Source: a virus. From it: a DNA stretch of 64,000 nucleotides. Location: positions 49,715 through 113,714 of the IMG/VR virus record IMGVR_UViG_3300042448_002155. One strand, 5' to 3'. Position numbers and translations under genes: made by a program. This document shows, one piece after another, positions 40,079 through 50,815 of the stretch; position 1 is the stretch's first letter; every line of letters starts with the position of its first letter. Under the pieces are notes generated by a model. It ran no database searches. It saw nothing but the letters and a program-made list of their open reading frames with translations, and had not been told where the DNA came from.

Positions 40079-41881
40079 TCATGTTACTTCCGTATATATT
40101 ATTTCATATTCATGATTATCTAAAATGTTATCATTAATTTCTATATTAACCACTGCATCGCATCTAGGTACACTATTTACGATATCAACATTAAATTGTG
40201 CAATAGATATTGATATAGGGGCGGTTACAGCTTCTTTCATTATATCAGAATTTCTTGCTGTTTCATAGTCTATATCAAGGGAAGAAATTTTAATAGATCC
40301 ATCCGTGCCAGTATGCTTATGCTGATTAAGATCTACTCCATCTATAGTAACACCTTCAGCCACAAGAATATCCCCTATTATTCTCCCGCCATCCTTTAAT
40401 AAGTACTGAGGATGGTGATCTTCCTCTAGATCTTGCAGTAGGCTATGGCTGGACTTTAAATCATCTTTTCTAGTGGGACTTATTACTATCTGCCTAAATA
40501 AAGAGGATGCCCAATCATCAGATACTGGTAGCAGAACATTTGGTTTTTGCACACCCTTAAAAGACATCTGCGCAATAAAGTTTGCATACTTTCTTTTTTC
40601 ATGAATTAATCTCAATAGTGCATCCGTCTTACCTATTACGATATTGTGTCTATCAATAATATCGGCAACTACTGAAGTAAAATTACCCTTCATCAACACT
40701 GACGCTATCAGCAGTTCTTCAGCTAGAAATGGAATACTTTTTCCTACTGATGTAGTTTGATAATCTAATTCTAAGGGGTTTGAAATCTCCGAAGAAAATT
40801 TTAAAGCTGGATTAATATATCTTGTATAAAATATTTCAGAGTTATCATGTAGGTCCCTCTTGAGGGAGCTAAGGATATCTTCAATCTCAGAGTTTACAGC
40901 GTTTAGTTTAATCGCAAAAAAAGCTTGAAATTTAGAGGCTTGTTCTTTTGAGATTTGATCCAATTCGGTTCCGGGAATTTCTCCCGGCTTTGATATGATC
41001 GTCTTTGCAATCCTGCTCGTATAGTGCAGGGCCGTTTTCCCCCACGAGTCATAATGGACTGCGATTTTTTGCTGTAACTCATTTTCATAGGCGTCTCCAA
41101 AGTCTGTGCGTAGTGATATTTGTATTGATTTAACTTCATTTAATAAATAGTTTAAAACTTTTCTAAATTGAAAAAAATAAGAAAATGTTGAGTGAGCTAT
41201 TGACTGTTCATATTCCTGTAAAAATTTACGGGAAATTGTTGAATTCATTCTTTCTGCAAAAGAAACTTCGTCGTAACAAATATAAAATGGAATAGATATT
41301 TTAATGTTTGATGGCTTACTAGACTCTGGAGGATAGGGTTGGATCGTCATAAATTCGTCGTCTTCAGATGATGGATCATCATTAATAATTTTTGGAAAGT
41401 CCTCTAGATAAGGGTCCTCTTTGGGATCGATTAAACCAAAGCTAATGTCTATGTTTTTATCTTCCTCTTTTGAGACCGTAGAATAAGAACTATTATTTAT
41501 CTTTTTATTAAAAAATTCAATAGTTTCTGGAGATTCTATTCTTAAAGTTTTGTTTAATTCATTCCATAAATTTTGATGAGAAATTAATAAATCTGTACTT
41601 AAACTTGGATTTATAAAAACTTTTTTCATTAGATCTTCAATATCTTTTATCGTATCCATTATTACTTTTTCAGCCAAAGATATCTGTCTTCTTATGAAAT
41701 CAAGTGGAATTGAATATGTTTCCATTACAGAACTATTGGAATTCTTTCCAATATTATTCATCATTTCTCTTGCATAAGCTTGATTGTCTGAAGTATTTAC
41801 AAAAGATGAATCAGAAAATTTATAATCTCCATGAATTTCATTATTAACTTCTGTATACTGATTGCTATTATTTACCGACAT
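40079..41881 (-). CDS. Virion structural protein (600 aa)
   Basis: C-terminal DHHPQYL...IDGVDL.HKH fibre-like motif. Confidence 0.5.
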   Translation of the reverse strand: MSVNNSNQYTEVNNEIHGDYKFSDSSFVNTSDNQAYAREMMNNIGKNSNSSVMETYSIPLDFIRRQISLAEKVIMDTIKDIEDLMKKVFINPSLSTDLLISHQNLWNELNKTLRIESPETIEFFNKKINNSSYSTVSKEEDKNIDISFGLIDPKEDPYLEDFPKIINDDPSSEDDEFMTIQPYPPESSKPSNIKISIPFYICYDEVSFAERMNSTISRKFLQEYEQSIAHSTFSYFFQFRKVLNYLLNEVKSIQISLRTDFGDAYENELQQKIAVHYDSWGKTALHYTSRIAKTIISKPGEIPGTELDQISKEQASKFQAFFAIKLNAVNSEIEDILSSLKRDLHDNSEIFYTRYINPALKFSSEISNPLELDYQTTSVGKSIPFLAEELLIASVLMKGNFTSVVADIIDRHNIVIGKTDALLRLIHEKRKYANFIAQMSFKGVQKPNVLLPVSDDWASSLFRQIVISPTRKDDLKSSHSLLQDLEEDHHPQYLLKDGGRIIGDILVAEGVTIDGVDLNQHKHTGTDGSIKISSLDIDYETARNSDIMKEAVTAPISISIAQFNVDIVNSVPRCDAVVNIEINDNILDNHEYEIIYTEVT

Positions 41882-41887
41882 TTTTTC

Positions 41888-43747
41888 CTAAAACATTTTT
41901 CTAGTTTTTTTGGAGCTAGTTGATCTTTTAAAGCTTCCAGTTGAATTCAAACCATTTGTTCTCCCAGTGATTACAAATTTTGGCTTTTCATCTTCCGAAT
42001 CTGAATTATTTTGTTTGGGCATAAAAAACTCATTGGAAAAACTTTCTGTTCTGGTAGCGTAGTTACCCTGTGAAAATTCTCCATAGTTTTGCGTTATTGC
42101 CAATAGTGCCAACATCAATGCATCGTGTGCGTGATCCATTGCGGAACCAGCAGCTTCGAATACTGGCCGACCAGTTTGAGTTGTTCTAATAACAACATAT
42201 GAAATTAGCTGCATATAGATTTCTTCATCTGACTCTGGAATAAGTATTCTTTCTTTTTCCAAGAACTGCCTAAGATTGTCAACCATAAAAGGTTTCATTT
42301 CTTTCTTAATCATTAACTTGGTATATGGATCTCTAACATCAATGCTTTCACCAAAGCTAATGCCCTTAACTTTATCCCTAAGACCAGAATATGGATTTTC
42401 TACTCCATGCTTCTTCAGTAGCTCCACTTGCACTTCTCCATATCCTCTGTCAACATAAATGTGCTTAGGATTAAATGCCCGATTTAATTCAATAATTCTA
42501 TCTACAGCTTTTGTTAAGGTATATTCTGATCTGGGTATTTCTTCTCTATAACAGATTCTACTCTTGCCTCTAAATCTAGTATCTTCATAATTCTCTGCAC
42601 ATGTTTCTACTATGACTATATTTGTTCCCGCACCATACTTATCCCAGTCAACTCCAATTGTATGGAAAGATCTAGCTGAAGTAATTTCAGGAGTGTAATC
42701 CCATGATGGCGAAATGAAAGCTCTGTCAACAAACTTTCTGGGATAAACACCTTCAGAGTCTTCACCCCAGTCAGCTTCTATTTCATGACGATATCCACTT
42801 GGGGAATATTGTTCTCTAAATTCTTCTTCTTGTTCTTTAGAAAAATATGGATTGCAATAGCTGGGAAACCAAAACTCTGTAAATCTAGGAGATCTACACC
42901 ATTCCCAAAAACGTTCTCTACGACCAGTAGGAGTAGAGGCGCCAATCATGACTTTATCAGGCTGATCTTCTGCCGTCTTCTGAAGCATGGCGTACAGTGC
43001 ATCAAGGTCGTCTGCATGCATGTAATCCATTTCGTCAAGGACAATCAAGTGCGCTTCCTGACCACGAGCAACGTCGCTCTTTCCGCCTGACTTCATTCCT
43101 GAAGTAAAGAACCTGATTGTTGATCCATTAGAAAACTGAATCATAAACTGCGGACTTGTGACTTTTCTAGTAATTGAATTTGTGACTACTTCGTTCTTAG
43201 AAGCTATTCGTAATATTTCCTGATAGATAAGTTCTACTTGAGTTTTCATTGGCGCAATAACCAATGATCTTCCATCCTTATGCGTATAGCTATAGTGTAA
43301 CAACATTATTGCTAAACTAAATGTTTTACCTAAGCGACGACCAGCTCTAAGAACTTTTCTTAATCCTGGATCTCTTAATATTAGTATTTGATATACTCTA
43401 AGTTCAGCTCCAAGGAATTGCTTAGCCCATACTACTGGATCTTTTGAAATATGCAATTGCCTTTGATGTTCGGTGCTAACGCCTGCTGCCAATAAATCAA
43501 GATCCATTTCGAATGGCTCATCAACAAGTAAAGCTAATTCTTTATTAGTTAACTTTCTTTCAATTACCGGAGTTCCGTCGCTCCATGAAATATGATTTAG
43601 CTTGTTTTCAAAAACCCATTCAATTCTATTTATTTGCTTTATGAGTTCGGGATCTTGATCTTTTATTATCTCAAATAAATCTTCTCTTGAAAGACCTTCT
43701 AGTGCTTCTCTGAATTTTTGCGTTTTATTAAAAATACCCATAATCAC
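41888..43747 (-). CDS. terL: Terminase large subunit
   Basis: Walker A AGRRLGKT, Walker B LIVLDE, ASTP coupling motif, nuclease IGVDW and DHAHDA. Confidence 0.9.
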   Translation of the reverse strand: MIMGIFNKTQKFREALEGLSREDLFEIIKDQDPELIKQINRIEWVFENKLNHISWSDGTPVIERKLTNKELALLVDEPFEMDLDLLAAGVSTEHQRQLHISKDPVVWAKQFLGAELRVYQILILRDPGLRKVLRAGRRLGKTFSLAIMLLHYSYTHKDGRSLVIAPMKTQVELIYQEILRIASKNEVVTNSITRKVTSPQFMIQFSNGSTIRFFTSGMKSGGKSDVARGQEAHLIVLDEMDYMHADDLDALYAMLQKTAEDQPDKVMIGASTPTGRRERFWEWCRSPRFTEFWFPSYCNPYFSKEQEEEFREQYSPSGYRHEIEADWGEDSEGVYPRKFVDRAFISPSWDYTPEITSARSFHTIGVDWDKYGAGTNIVIVETCAENYEDTRFRGKSRICYREEIPRSEYTLTKAVDRIIELNRAFNPKHIYVDRGYGEVQVELLKKHGVENPYSGLRDKVKGISFGESIDVRDPYTKLMIKKEMKPFMVDNLRQFLEKERILIPESDEEIYMQLISYVVIRTTQTGRPVFEAAGSAMDHAHDALMLALLAITQNYGEFSQGNYATRTESFSNEFFMPKQNNSDSEDEKPKFVITGRTNGLNSTGSFKRSTSSKKTRKMF

Positions 43748-45246
43748 CCATAGTGCGCTGCCATCATTGCACCCTCTGTTCCAAGGGCGCTTCTTGCGTT
43801 AAGTCTGGAATTTTGAATTGCCTGGACTCCTCTAGCTCTAGAAGTTGCTGCCGCTTCTGTGTCCTTATATCCCATTCCAAAAGTAGGTTTAGCTATTGAA
43901 CCTTGAAGAGACTTGTTTGCGTCTTTGGCTAAGTTTATACCACTTTTCACTACTTCGCCAGCCATTTGACCAATATCATATATAAAGGATGCTGCCGCTA
44001 CTAGTTGAACGCCCGGAAGGAGCATGGCTGCACCTCTCATTGCTAACATTTTTCCAGCGCCAGCAGCTGCTAATTTCTTTGTAGCAACGGATCCGAGTGG
44101 CCTAAAAAACTGCTTGCCCTTGCCTCCAGTGCTTCTTAGGAAGTCTATAGCTCCGTCACTGCCCTTTATTAACTTGCCTCCAATTTCCAAACCATCATCA
44201 CCAAATGCTTTTGCAAATGCATCCCCGAAAGCTTTTTCTGCGCTCCGAGCACCTTCCAATGCCCTGCCCCTTAACGCGCCTTTTCCAGTCAAACCACCAA
44301 AGCCTAACGAACCTCTGGCATACCCTGCCATATATCCGACACCAGCTGAGCCCATTGCCGAAGCATACATGTTTCCTCTCACTCCGACTTGTCCTGCCAT
44401 AGCTCCGGGCGTTCCAGATACTGCACCAGAAAGTGCGGATTGAAATCCTGCTTGCGTAAAGCCAACTGCTCTAGCTTGTGCAAGTCTCTGCTGAGCAGTT
44501 AACATATGAGGGCCAGCGTATCGAGCATTCTGTCTTGCCATTTGAACTGCGTTAAAATTTGTATTATTCATTTTAGCTAACATACCTAGGGCATCATCTG
44601 CTTTAGCCAATTTTTTAGCTGCTCTTCTACTACCCTTAAGGGCTCTACTCTCTAAAAGGTCAACTCTTCTGCCTGCACTAATTCCTGATACCATTCCTGG
44701 ACCAAAAGCTGTCTCTCCTTCTTTAAGTGTTATACCCATTCCTTCTAATGCTTTTTGGCCAAGTTTAGTTTTACCCAAAAAACCAGAAGCTCCAAATGGT
44801 GTGTATGCGTTCTCGGAAGGGTTTGCAAAAACGCTGAGAGAATGAAACCCAGTGAGATTTCTTGGCCTTAAGCTAACATTGTTTAATCTGGATGATCTAA
44901 GGAACGGAGTTTTTCTTGCGCTTCCCGTAGCAGCTCCAAGAGTTTGGTTTCTTTGTGCTCCACCAAGAAATTGTTTCGTAGCAGAACCATAACTATTTAG
45001 TGTGCCACCCTGTAGGGTTCTGAATTTAGCTGCTCTGCTGGCATCTATTTTTTGCCCTAGTCCTCTATACCCCGGAATTCTCTTGCCTAATTTGCCGGTA
45101 CCTCGTTTTGATGCACTGTCCATGTATCCGCCACGCAATAGCGTGTTGGAGCCCCTCGTGGTACTAAGGCCTATTGACGCAGCTATTCCCGGAAATGTTT
45201 CCAATATGCGAGCATATAGCGGTGCCTCCATTTGATCTATAGGCAT
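43744..45246 (-). CDS. Gly/Ala-rich basic protein, putative internal virion protein
   Basis: Composition and hydrophobic segment near the C-terminus; start placed at MPIDQ after GAGGGGG. Confidence 0.55.
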   Translation of the reverse strand: MPIDQMEAPLYARILETFPGIAASIGLSTTRGSNTLLRGGYMDSASKRGTGKLGKRIPGYRGLGQKIDASRAAKFRTLQGGTLNSYGSATKQFLGGAQRNQTLGAATGSARKTPFLRSSRLNNVSLRPRNLTGFHSLSVFANPSENAYTPFGASGFLGKTKLGQKALEGMGITLKEGETAFGPGMVSGISAGRRVDLLESRALKGSRRAAKKLAKADDALGMLAKMNNTNFNAVQMARQNARYAGPHMLTAQQRLAQARAVGFTQAGFQSALSGAVSGTPGAMAGQVGVRGNMYASAMGSAGVGYMAGYARGSLGFGGLTGKGALRGRALEGARSAEKAFGDAFAKAFGDDGLEIGGKLIKGSDGAIDFLRSTGGKGKQFFRPLGSVATKKLAAAGAGKMLAMRGAAMLLPGVQLVAAASFIYDIGQMAGEVVKSGINLAKDANKSLQGSIAKPTFGMGYKDTEAAATSRARGVQAIQNSRLNARSALGTEGAMMAAHYG

Positions 45247-45265
45247 ATCCCCCTCGAGCATATTA

Positions 45266-45970
45266 TTAATATCCTCTTCTAGAGTTGTGCATTCCGAGAA
45301 CAATATCTCCAGATGCGCTTAATTGACTTGCTGTTGAAGATGACGATGTATAGGGGGACTGTCTATAGAATTCTTGATTTCTATTAATATGCCCTCCTAT
45401 GGTAGCTGCTGCAGGTAGGGCTACTCCCATTGAACCACCAATAGCACCACCAATGCCGGCACCAGCGATAGCGCCCATTGCACCCATTCCCATTGCCGCT
45501 ATTCCTTTTCCAATATAGCCACCCTTTGGAATCTTACCAGCTAAACCTACCCCAGCCTTTGCCCCTAATGGACCTCCAAATATTCCTGCGCCGATACCTG
45601 CTCCGATGACTCCACCAGCCATAGCTTCCCCCGCGCCCATAGTTACCAAACCCGGATTTGCAGCCAATGCATCACCTGGAGCAGTTGCTCTCATCAATCC
45701 CCCAGCGAGTCCGCCAGTCATACTTCCTAGCAAAAATCTAGAATCTAAATCTCTTCCAGTAAAGTATTGGTCGGCATTTTCGTCCCCGAAAGCTGCTCCT
45801 AGTGCTGCGTCTTTGGTTGCCGGACCAACTCTTGACCCAAAGCCAAGAGCAAGAGCACCAACGCCTATGGCGCCCATTGCTGCCTTACTAGACATGATTG
45901 AAGCTGGAGCTCTGCCCAGTCTTTCCGCAGCACCTACTCCTACTCTTTTTCCAAAATTTAATATCCCCAT
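45266..45970 (-). CDS. Gly/Ala-rich protein with glycine-zipper-like hydrophobic segments
   Basis: GxxxG repeats (GAIAGAGIGGAIGG). Confidence 0.6.
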   Translation of the reverse strand: MGILNFGKRVGVGAAERLGRAPASIMSSKAAMGAIGVGALALGFGSRVGPATKDAALGAAFGDENADQYFTGRDLDSRFLLGSMTGGLAGGLMRATAPGDALAANPGLVTMGAGEAMAGGVIGAGIGAGIFGGPLGAKAGVGLAGKIPKGGYIGKGIAAMGMGAMGAIAGAGIGGAIGGSMGVALPAAATIGGHINRNQEFYRQSPYTSSSSTASQLSASGDIVLGMHNSRRGY

Positions 45971-45972
45971 TG

Positions 45973-48900
45973 TCACCCTCCGTATAGGTGATTGTATTTA
46001 TTATTGCCCATTTGCGTATGGCCTATTTTTCTATTGTCAAGATTTCCTACTACTCCAGCTGTCACTAAAGGATCTCTTCTAACAGAGTTTAAAGATGTCA
46101 CTGGAGAGTTAAAGCTATTAGGTCTATTCTGGCGAAAAGATTCAGTTGGCTGTTGATCTAGCGTCTCATCATATAAGTTTGTTTCTTGTTTTCTCTTACC
46201 TATATAGTAACCTCCAGCGAGTGCTGTTAAACCTAATGCTGCTATTCCTACTGGGCCCTTAAATTTATTATAATTTTCTACTGCTGTGGATAATCCTGTT
46301 TTCTTTCTTGAGGAACCTAAATTTGTTACAGCCCTTCTTAAAAGGTTTGGATCATTAGATAAGTCTGCTCCAACTTTTGAGGCGTCTGCAAGTGCTGATT
46401 CATTAGCACTTGCCAGCCTAGCACTAGCATTCGGCCCACCCGCATCAATTACCTTCTTATCGTATACGTGACCAAGAGTAACATTATCTCCTGCTGCGTC
46501 ATCAATAATAGTTGCCTGCATAGTAGAGGCATGGGCAGCGTTATCGTTGGCGATGTCCATTCCATTCCTACTTAAACCTTCTATTATGTTATCAACGGCC
46601 ATCTGTGATTCTTTTGTCTTGTCTCCAAAGCTAGCAATGCCCACCCCACGCTCTTCTATGGATGTTGTTATTTCTGCAATTGCCCTTTCCTTGTTTTCTG
46701 CTACTGTCAATCCCTTTTTGGGCTTATAGGCTTCATCAAATGCTGCCTTTTGAATTTCCATATCCCTAAGTGCTTCCTGAGAATGCACTTGCCCCATGCC
46801 GCTACTTAACTTATTTTTATAATTATCTGTTTCTATAAAGTCTTCATACAGATTTTCTGCAATGGTTCTAGCAGTTAGCTTCGATTCATCTCGGCCAGCT
46901 CTCCAGAAGACATTTATTGTCTTATACATTTCCCCATCATCGATTCTTTCTGCAACGCTGAAGGCGGTAGATACCTTACCCTGAGCAATCTGATCTCCAA
47001 CCGTTAAAGGTGAAGTTTTGTCAATCGTTAAGCTTTTGAAATAATCATAATTTAGAAGAATTTTCTTAGCTTGTCCGCCATCTTGTCCAGTTAATCTAAA
47101 TGTAGACTGCTTTGTATAAGTATGGATTCCAAATTGGGAAGTTACATCAGCTATTGCATCACTCGAGGCAAAGGCAAACTTTTTAGATATATCTTGACTC
47201 AAGTCGCCAAAGCCACCAATCATTGCTTTGTCATGTATTCCTCGAGATAATGAAGATGTGCCACTAGATAGTATGTTGCTAATGACAGTCTCTTTAACTC
47301 CTAGGAATCCATATTTATTTCCAGCAGCAAGTGATGACTGTGCGTGCGATACAAGTTGTGCTTCAACCTCAAGGGCACCACGTCTACCCATATTTAATCC
47401 TGAACTGAAGTTCTGTTTAGCTTCAAAAGATCCATTATTTCTCATGATATCTCTTATGTGCATTTTGTCTGGGGAGTCTGAAAAGTTCTTATATAAATTT
47501 CCAACATTTTCTACATATTTTTCAGAATCTATATCTGCCGCTGCGGTTTTCATCGCTCTGCTCATGATTTCCATTGCAGAGCTTTGCTCAAAACTAACAC
47601 CAAGAGACATTATTAGTTTTTCCGCTGGATTATACGAAAGAGTTTTTCCACCAAAGTTAATTGATTCCGAATTAGATTCATCTAAAGCGCCCTTTATTAG
47701 TCCCCTTAGATGCTCTTTTGCATTTTGCTGTTGTAATATTATTCCTTCTTTTTCTGCTCCTGTAAATAATTTAAATGAACCTTTATCAAATTTTATGAAT
47801 GCTTGTTCACTAAGTTGATTGGGAGTTAGGGTATTAATTAAGCCCTTATCAACAGCCTCTTGCCCCGTTATGATAGCCTTGACGCCCTTTAGTCCTTCAT
47901 CTTCCTGAACAAAATTCAAAGCTGTATTTGTTAGGTGTCGTGGATCTGCAATATTTGTTACCGCAGTTGTAGCAGCAGATTTGAAAACTGTTCTTCTTGC
48001 CAGTTCCAGCAATTTAGCAGGTGCTTGAGCGGATGCGTTATTTGCATCACGAAAGTCTAATTTGCCTGTGTGCATATACTTTAAGATATGCTCCTGAAGC
48101 ATTGTGTCAGTTTCGGCAATGTGTGATCCTCGGAATATATTTTCAAATATTTTAGGGGCGTGTTGCTCATCTGCCATTAAATCCAATAGGTTAGTATTCA
48201 TGACAAAGTTTTCTACACCGGCGTATGTCGATTTGCCACCAGTTGCAACATCAGCCAAAGATTCTGTTGAAAAGAATTTTTTGATATATTCTTCTCCACG
48301 AACAACTGAATCTGTGTTTCCGGATATAACGTCTTGAGCTTTTCCAGTTATGTATGCTCTACCTAATTCTAGGGTATCCATTACAAACATGTTATTATTT
48401 TTTTTCTTGTCTATAAATTGACCCACTAAGCCTTGCAGTTCTTCGTCTGCTTGATAACCTTTCATTCCACTCATAGTTCTTAACATCTGTGTTATGTCGA
48501 AGTTAACATTGTGTCCTGTTACCTGATCAGCCTCAACTAGATCTTTAAGAACCCCTTTCATATTTTTAAGAAAACCTGCTTCATCGGTAACTATGTTGGA
48601 AAGTTTTTCTCCCTTAGATATAAAACCGCTTAATGTATCACTAAGGCCAGGACCGACTAATATTCCGCCTAATCTTGGGGAATCGTAACCGAAGGATGTA
48701 CTGAGGGTTTTACCCATTTCATCTAAGCTAGTTTTGCTAGATAAGGATACGGATCTTACCTGCGAACCAGAACCAAGTCCAGTCGTTTCAACGTCAAAAG
48801 TTATTACCTTTTTTGCACTTCCGTCTGCGTTAGGAGTAAAATCTAATAACTTACTACCATTGGGATCTCTCATTTTTTGTATCTGGAAAAGATTTCTTTC

Positions 48901-49512
48901 AAGATCATCTGCGGACGCAATATTTGTTGATCCGAATCTAACGTCGGCAATGCTGCTGGACGTTGGGTCAATGTTAAATATCATCTTATTTAACATAACT
49001 TGAGCCGGATGCTCTAGTCCTTGATCGACTTCAAACATTGTAGGTATTCTGTATGGACTGGCTGATGGTAGCTGCTTTGTGGGCATTCCTGCGTTTGAGA
49101 ATAAATCTTCTATTTTAAGAACTGAACCAGCAAATACGCTCTCAAGCTTTTTCCTTGAGTCTAAATTCAAAATACTTAAATCTATTGACCCGACTTTGCG
49201 CATCAAGTCAACATCTAATCCTTTGGCAAATGATTTTCTGACGTTTTTTATATCAGATAATTCTTCATAATATAGTTTTTCAAATTCCCTATATTTTGTC
49301 ATAAAGGGTGATTTTTTCCAAGTGCCCTGCGCGTCCCTACCGCCGTACAGTTGCTCAGCAAACGTACTGTCAATTATTCTTTCGCCAATTCCCACATCTT
49401 TCGGTCTACCTGCGGCTAAATGAGTTGATCCAAATACATTCTTTCTAATACTTTCGATTAAATTAGAAAAATTTTTAAATGCGGGATTGACACTTTCGGG
49501 ATCTATTGCCAT
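45973..49512 (-). CDS. Large protein (1179 aa) with a DEDDh 3'-5' exonuclease domain and C-terminal hydrophobic helix
   Basis: TFDVETTG, GHNVNFD, SHIAETD; C-terminal VGIAALGLTALAGGYYIGKRK. Confidence 0.7.
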   Translation of the reverse strand: MAIDPESVNPAFKNFSNLIESIRKNVFGSTHLAAGRPKDVGIGERIIDSTFAEQLYGGRDAQGTWKKSPFMTKYREFEKLYYEELSDIKNVRKSFAKGLDVDLMRKVGSIDLSILNLDSRKKLESVFAGSVLKIEDLFSNAGMPTKQLPSASPYRIPTMFEVDQGLEHPAQVMLNKMIFNIDPTSSSIADVRFGSTNIASADDLERNLFQIQKMRDPNGSKLLDFTPNADGSAKKVITFDVETTGLGSGSQVRSVSLSSKTSLDEMGKTLSTSFGYDSPRLGGILVGPGLSDTLSGFISKGEKLSNIVTDEAGFLKNMKGVLKDLVEADQVTGHNVNFDITQMLRTMSGMKGYQADEELQGLVGQFIDKKKNNNMFVMDTLELGRAYITGKAQDVISGNTDSVVRGEEYIKKFFSTESLADVATGGKSTYAGVENFVMNTNLLDLMADEQHAPKIFENIFRGSHIAETDTMLQEHILKYMHTGKLDFRDANNASAQAPAKLLELARRTVFKSAATTAVTNIADPRHLTNTALNFVQEDEGLKGVKAIITGQEAVDKGLINTLTPNQLSEQAFIKFDKGSFKLFTGAEKEGIILQQQNAKEHLRGLIKGALDESNSESINFGGKTLSYNPAEKLIMSLGVSFEQSSAMEIMSRAMKTAAADIDSEKYVENVGNLYKNFSDSPDKMHIRDIMRNNGSFEAKQNFSSGLNMGRRGALEVEAQLVSHAQSSLAAGNKYGFLGVKETVISNILSSGTSSLSRGIHDKAMIGGFGDLSQDISKKFAFASSDAIADVTSQFGIHTYTKQSTFRLTGQDGGQAKKILLNYDYFKSLTIDKTSPLTVGDQIAQGKVSTAFSVAERIDDGEMYKTINVFWRAGRDESKLTARTIAENLYEDFIETDNYKNKLSSGMGQVHSQEALRDMEIQKAAFDEAYKPKKGLTVAENKERAIAEITTSIEERGVGIASFGDKTKESQMAVDNIIEGLSRNGMDIANDNAAHASTMQATIIDDAAGDNVTLGHVYDKKVIDAGGPNASARLASANESALADASKVGADLSNDPNLLRRAVTNLGSSRKKTGLSTAVENYNKFKGPVGIAALGLTALAGGYYIGKRKQETNLYDETLDQQPTESFRQNRPNSFNSPVTSLNSVRRDPLVTAGVVGNLDNRKIGHTQMGNNKYNHLYGG

Positions 49513-50228
49513 TATTCTTTAATTTCTGAACTCGGTATTTCTATATAATCATCTTTGTCATAAATTCCAAGTTTTTGCTTTAAGAGCTTTTCTCTTTGAT
49601 TCTCTAGTGATTGAACCTTGAACAATATGTCAGATATGGCTTGTGCGCTGTCGAGTTGAGTTTGGCCAACCTTGGCTTTAGCTTCTCTAGTTGCAAGTAA
49701 TTGATTTCTTAAATCTTTTCTGCGTCGATGAAGTCTATCTTCAAGTTCTACAGCTAAGTGAAGTTCTTTTTTTAGAATTGGCATTCCGTCATTGTCAACG
49801 CCAATAATGTTCTCTTGAATGAAATGCTCTTTAGCTAGAAGTTTGGTCTTGCGAATATACTGAACTTCTTGATCTACTAGATCTCTAATCATAGAAACCT
49901 CTACAAGATTATCTGGGTGGACGTCTAGTTGTTCCATATACTCTGCTGTAAATTGTGAAACGATTGACATTTCTATTGGGCATGGCTTTCCCCGAGGAGC
50001 TAGGTTTTCCTTTAGCAGTGGGCAAGTATCAGCAAACGTACATTTAGATGCTTCGCAGTTCATGGGGATTGAAGAAAACATTGATGTCCTAGTTTTCTGT
50101 GGCCGGACTAAATCAACAGCCTTTTCTCTTTGTTCATCAGTCCATGTTTCAGGGAAAAATAAATCTGGTCTCAAAGACTCAAAATTATTTAAAAATTTAC
50201 TTTTATCATTTTTTTCAATATTACCCAT
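49512..50228 (-). CDS. Cys-motif helical protein, possibly the terminase small subunit
   Basis: CEASKC...CP...CP followed by a coiled coil; the TerS role is positional inference only. Confidence 0.4.
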   Translation of the reverse strand: MGNIEKNDKSKFLNNFESLRPDLFFPETWTDEQREKAVDLVRPQKTRTSMFSSIPMNCEASKCTFADTCPLLKENLAPRGKPCPIEMSIVSQFTAEYMEQLDVHPDNLVEVSMIRDLVDQEVQYIRKTKLLAKEHFIQENIIGVDNDGMPILKKELHLAVELEDRLHRRRKDLRNQLLATREAKAKVGQTQLDSAQAISDILFKVQSLENQREKLLKQKLGIYDKDDYIEIPSSEIKE

Positions 50229-50391
50229 TTAAATCTATCCATTCAGTACTGTAAGAGCTATCGGAATAAAACTTTTGTATAGTTGCACTTTTACAATAGC
50301 TGCAATATCTATCTCTAATTAGGCAGTCGTTGCTAAAGTCAAAATACTCGCTAATTACTTCAGTTTTCTTGTCACATCTCGGACAGTTCAT
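50221..50391 (-). CDS. Small zinc-ribbon protein (56 aa, below the ORF-track cutoff)
   Basis: Hand translation MNCPRCDKKTEV...RYCSYC; overlaps both neighbouring genes. Confidence 0.6.
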   Translation of the reverse strand: MNCPRCDKKTEVISEYFDFSNDCLIRDRYCSYCKSATIQKFYSDSSYSTEWIDLNG

Positions 50392-50794
50392 CTAAGGCTT
50401 TCATTAAGCTCTTTTGAATCTTCCCTGCTAGATCCGCATTTTGTGCAGCGTTGAAAAATATGCCAACTTCTCTAATTTCATCCGAAGTTAAGTATGAAGA
50501 TAACTTGTATCTTGACCCCTTGCAAACCTCGCAATAAAAGTCTCTCTCTTCGGTGAAGCACATACATTTTTCAATAATATCAAAAAACTCTAATGAGTCT
50601 GCAAGTTCGAACCATTTGTTTTTAAAAAGCTTTTTTATTTGTTCTTTATATGCTCTTAGTTTTTGCTGATCATTGGATAAGAGTGTTCCCATATCTAGCG
50701 ATTGCTTCATTAAATCATTTATACTTTTATACAGAAAATTTGCTAGCTGAAAATCTCCATTAACATCTGTAAATTTCTTCCAATCATTCATCAT
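50372..50794 (-). CDS. Hypothetical protein with a CxC...CxxC motif
   Basis: CMC...CEVCKG. Confidence 0.6.
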   Translation of the reverse strand: MMNDWKKFTDVNGDFQLANFLYKSINDLMKQSLDMGTLLSNDQQKLRAYKEQIKKLFKNKWFELADSLEFFDIIEKCMCFTEERDFYCEVCKGSRYKLSSYLTSDEIREVGIFFNAAQNADLAGKIQKSLMKALDELSEM

Positions 50795-50815
50795 TCATCC
50801 TAACTCGTATCTTAT

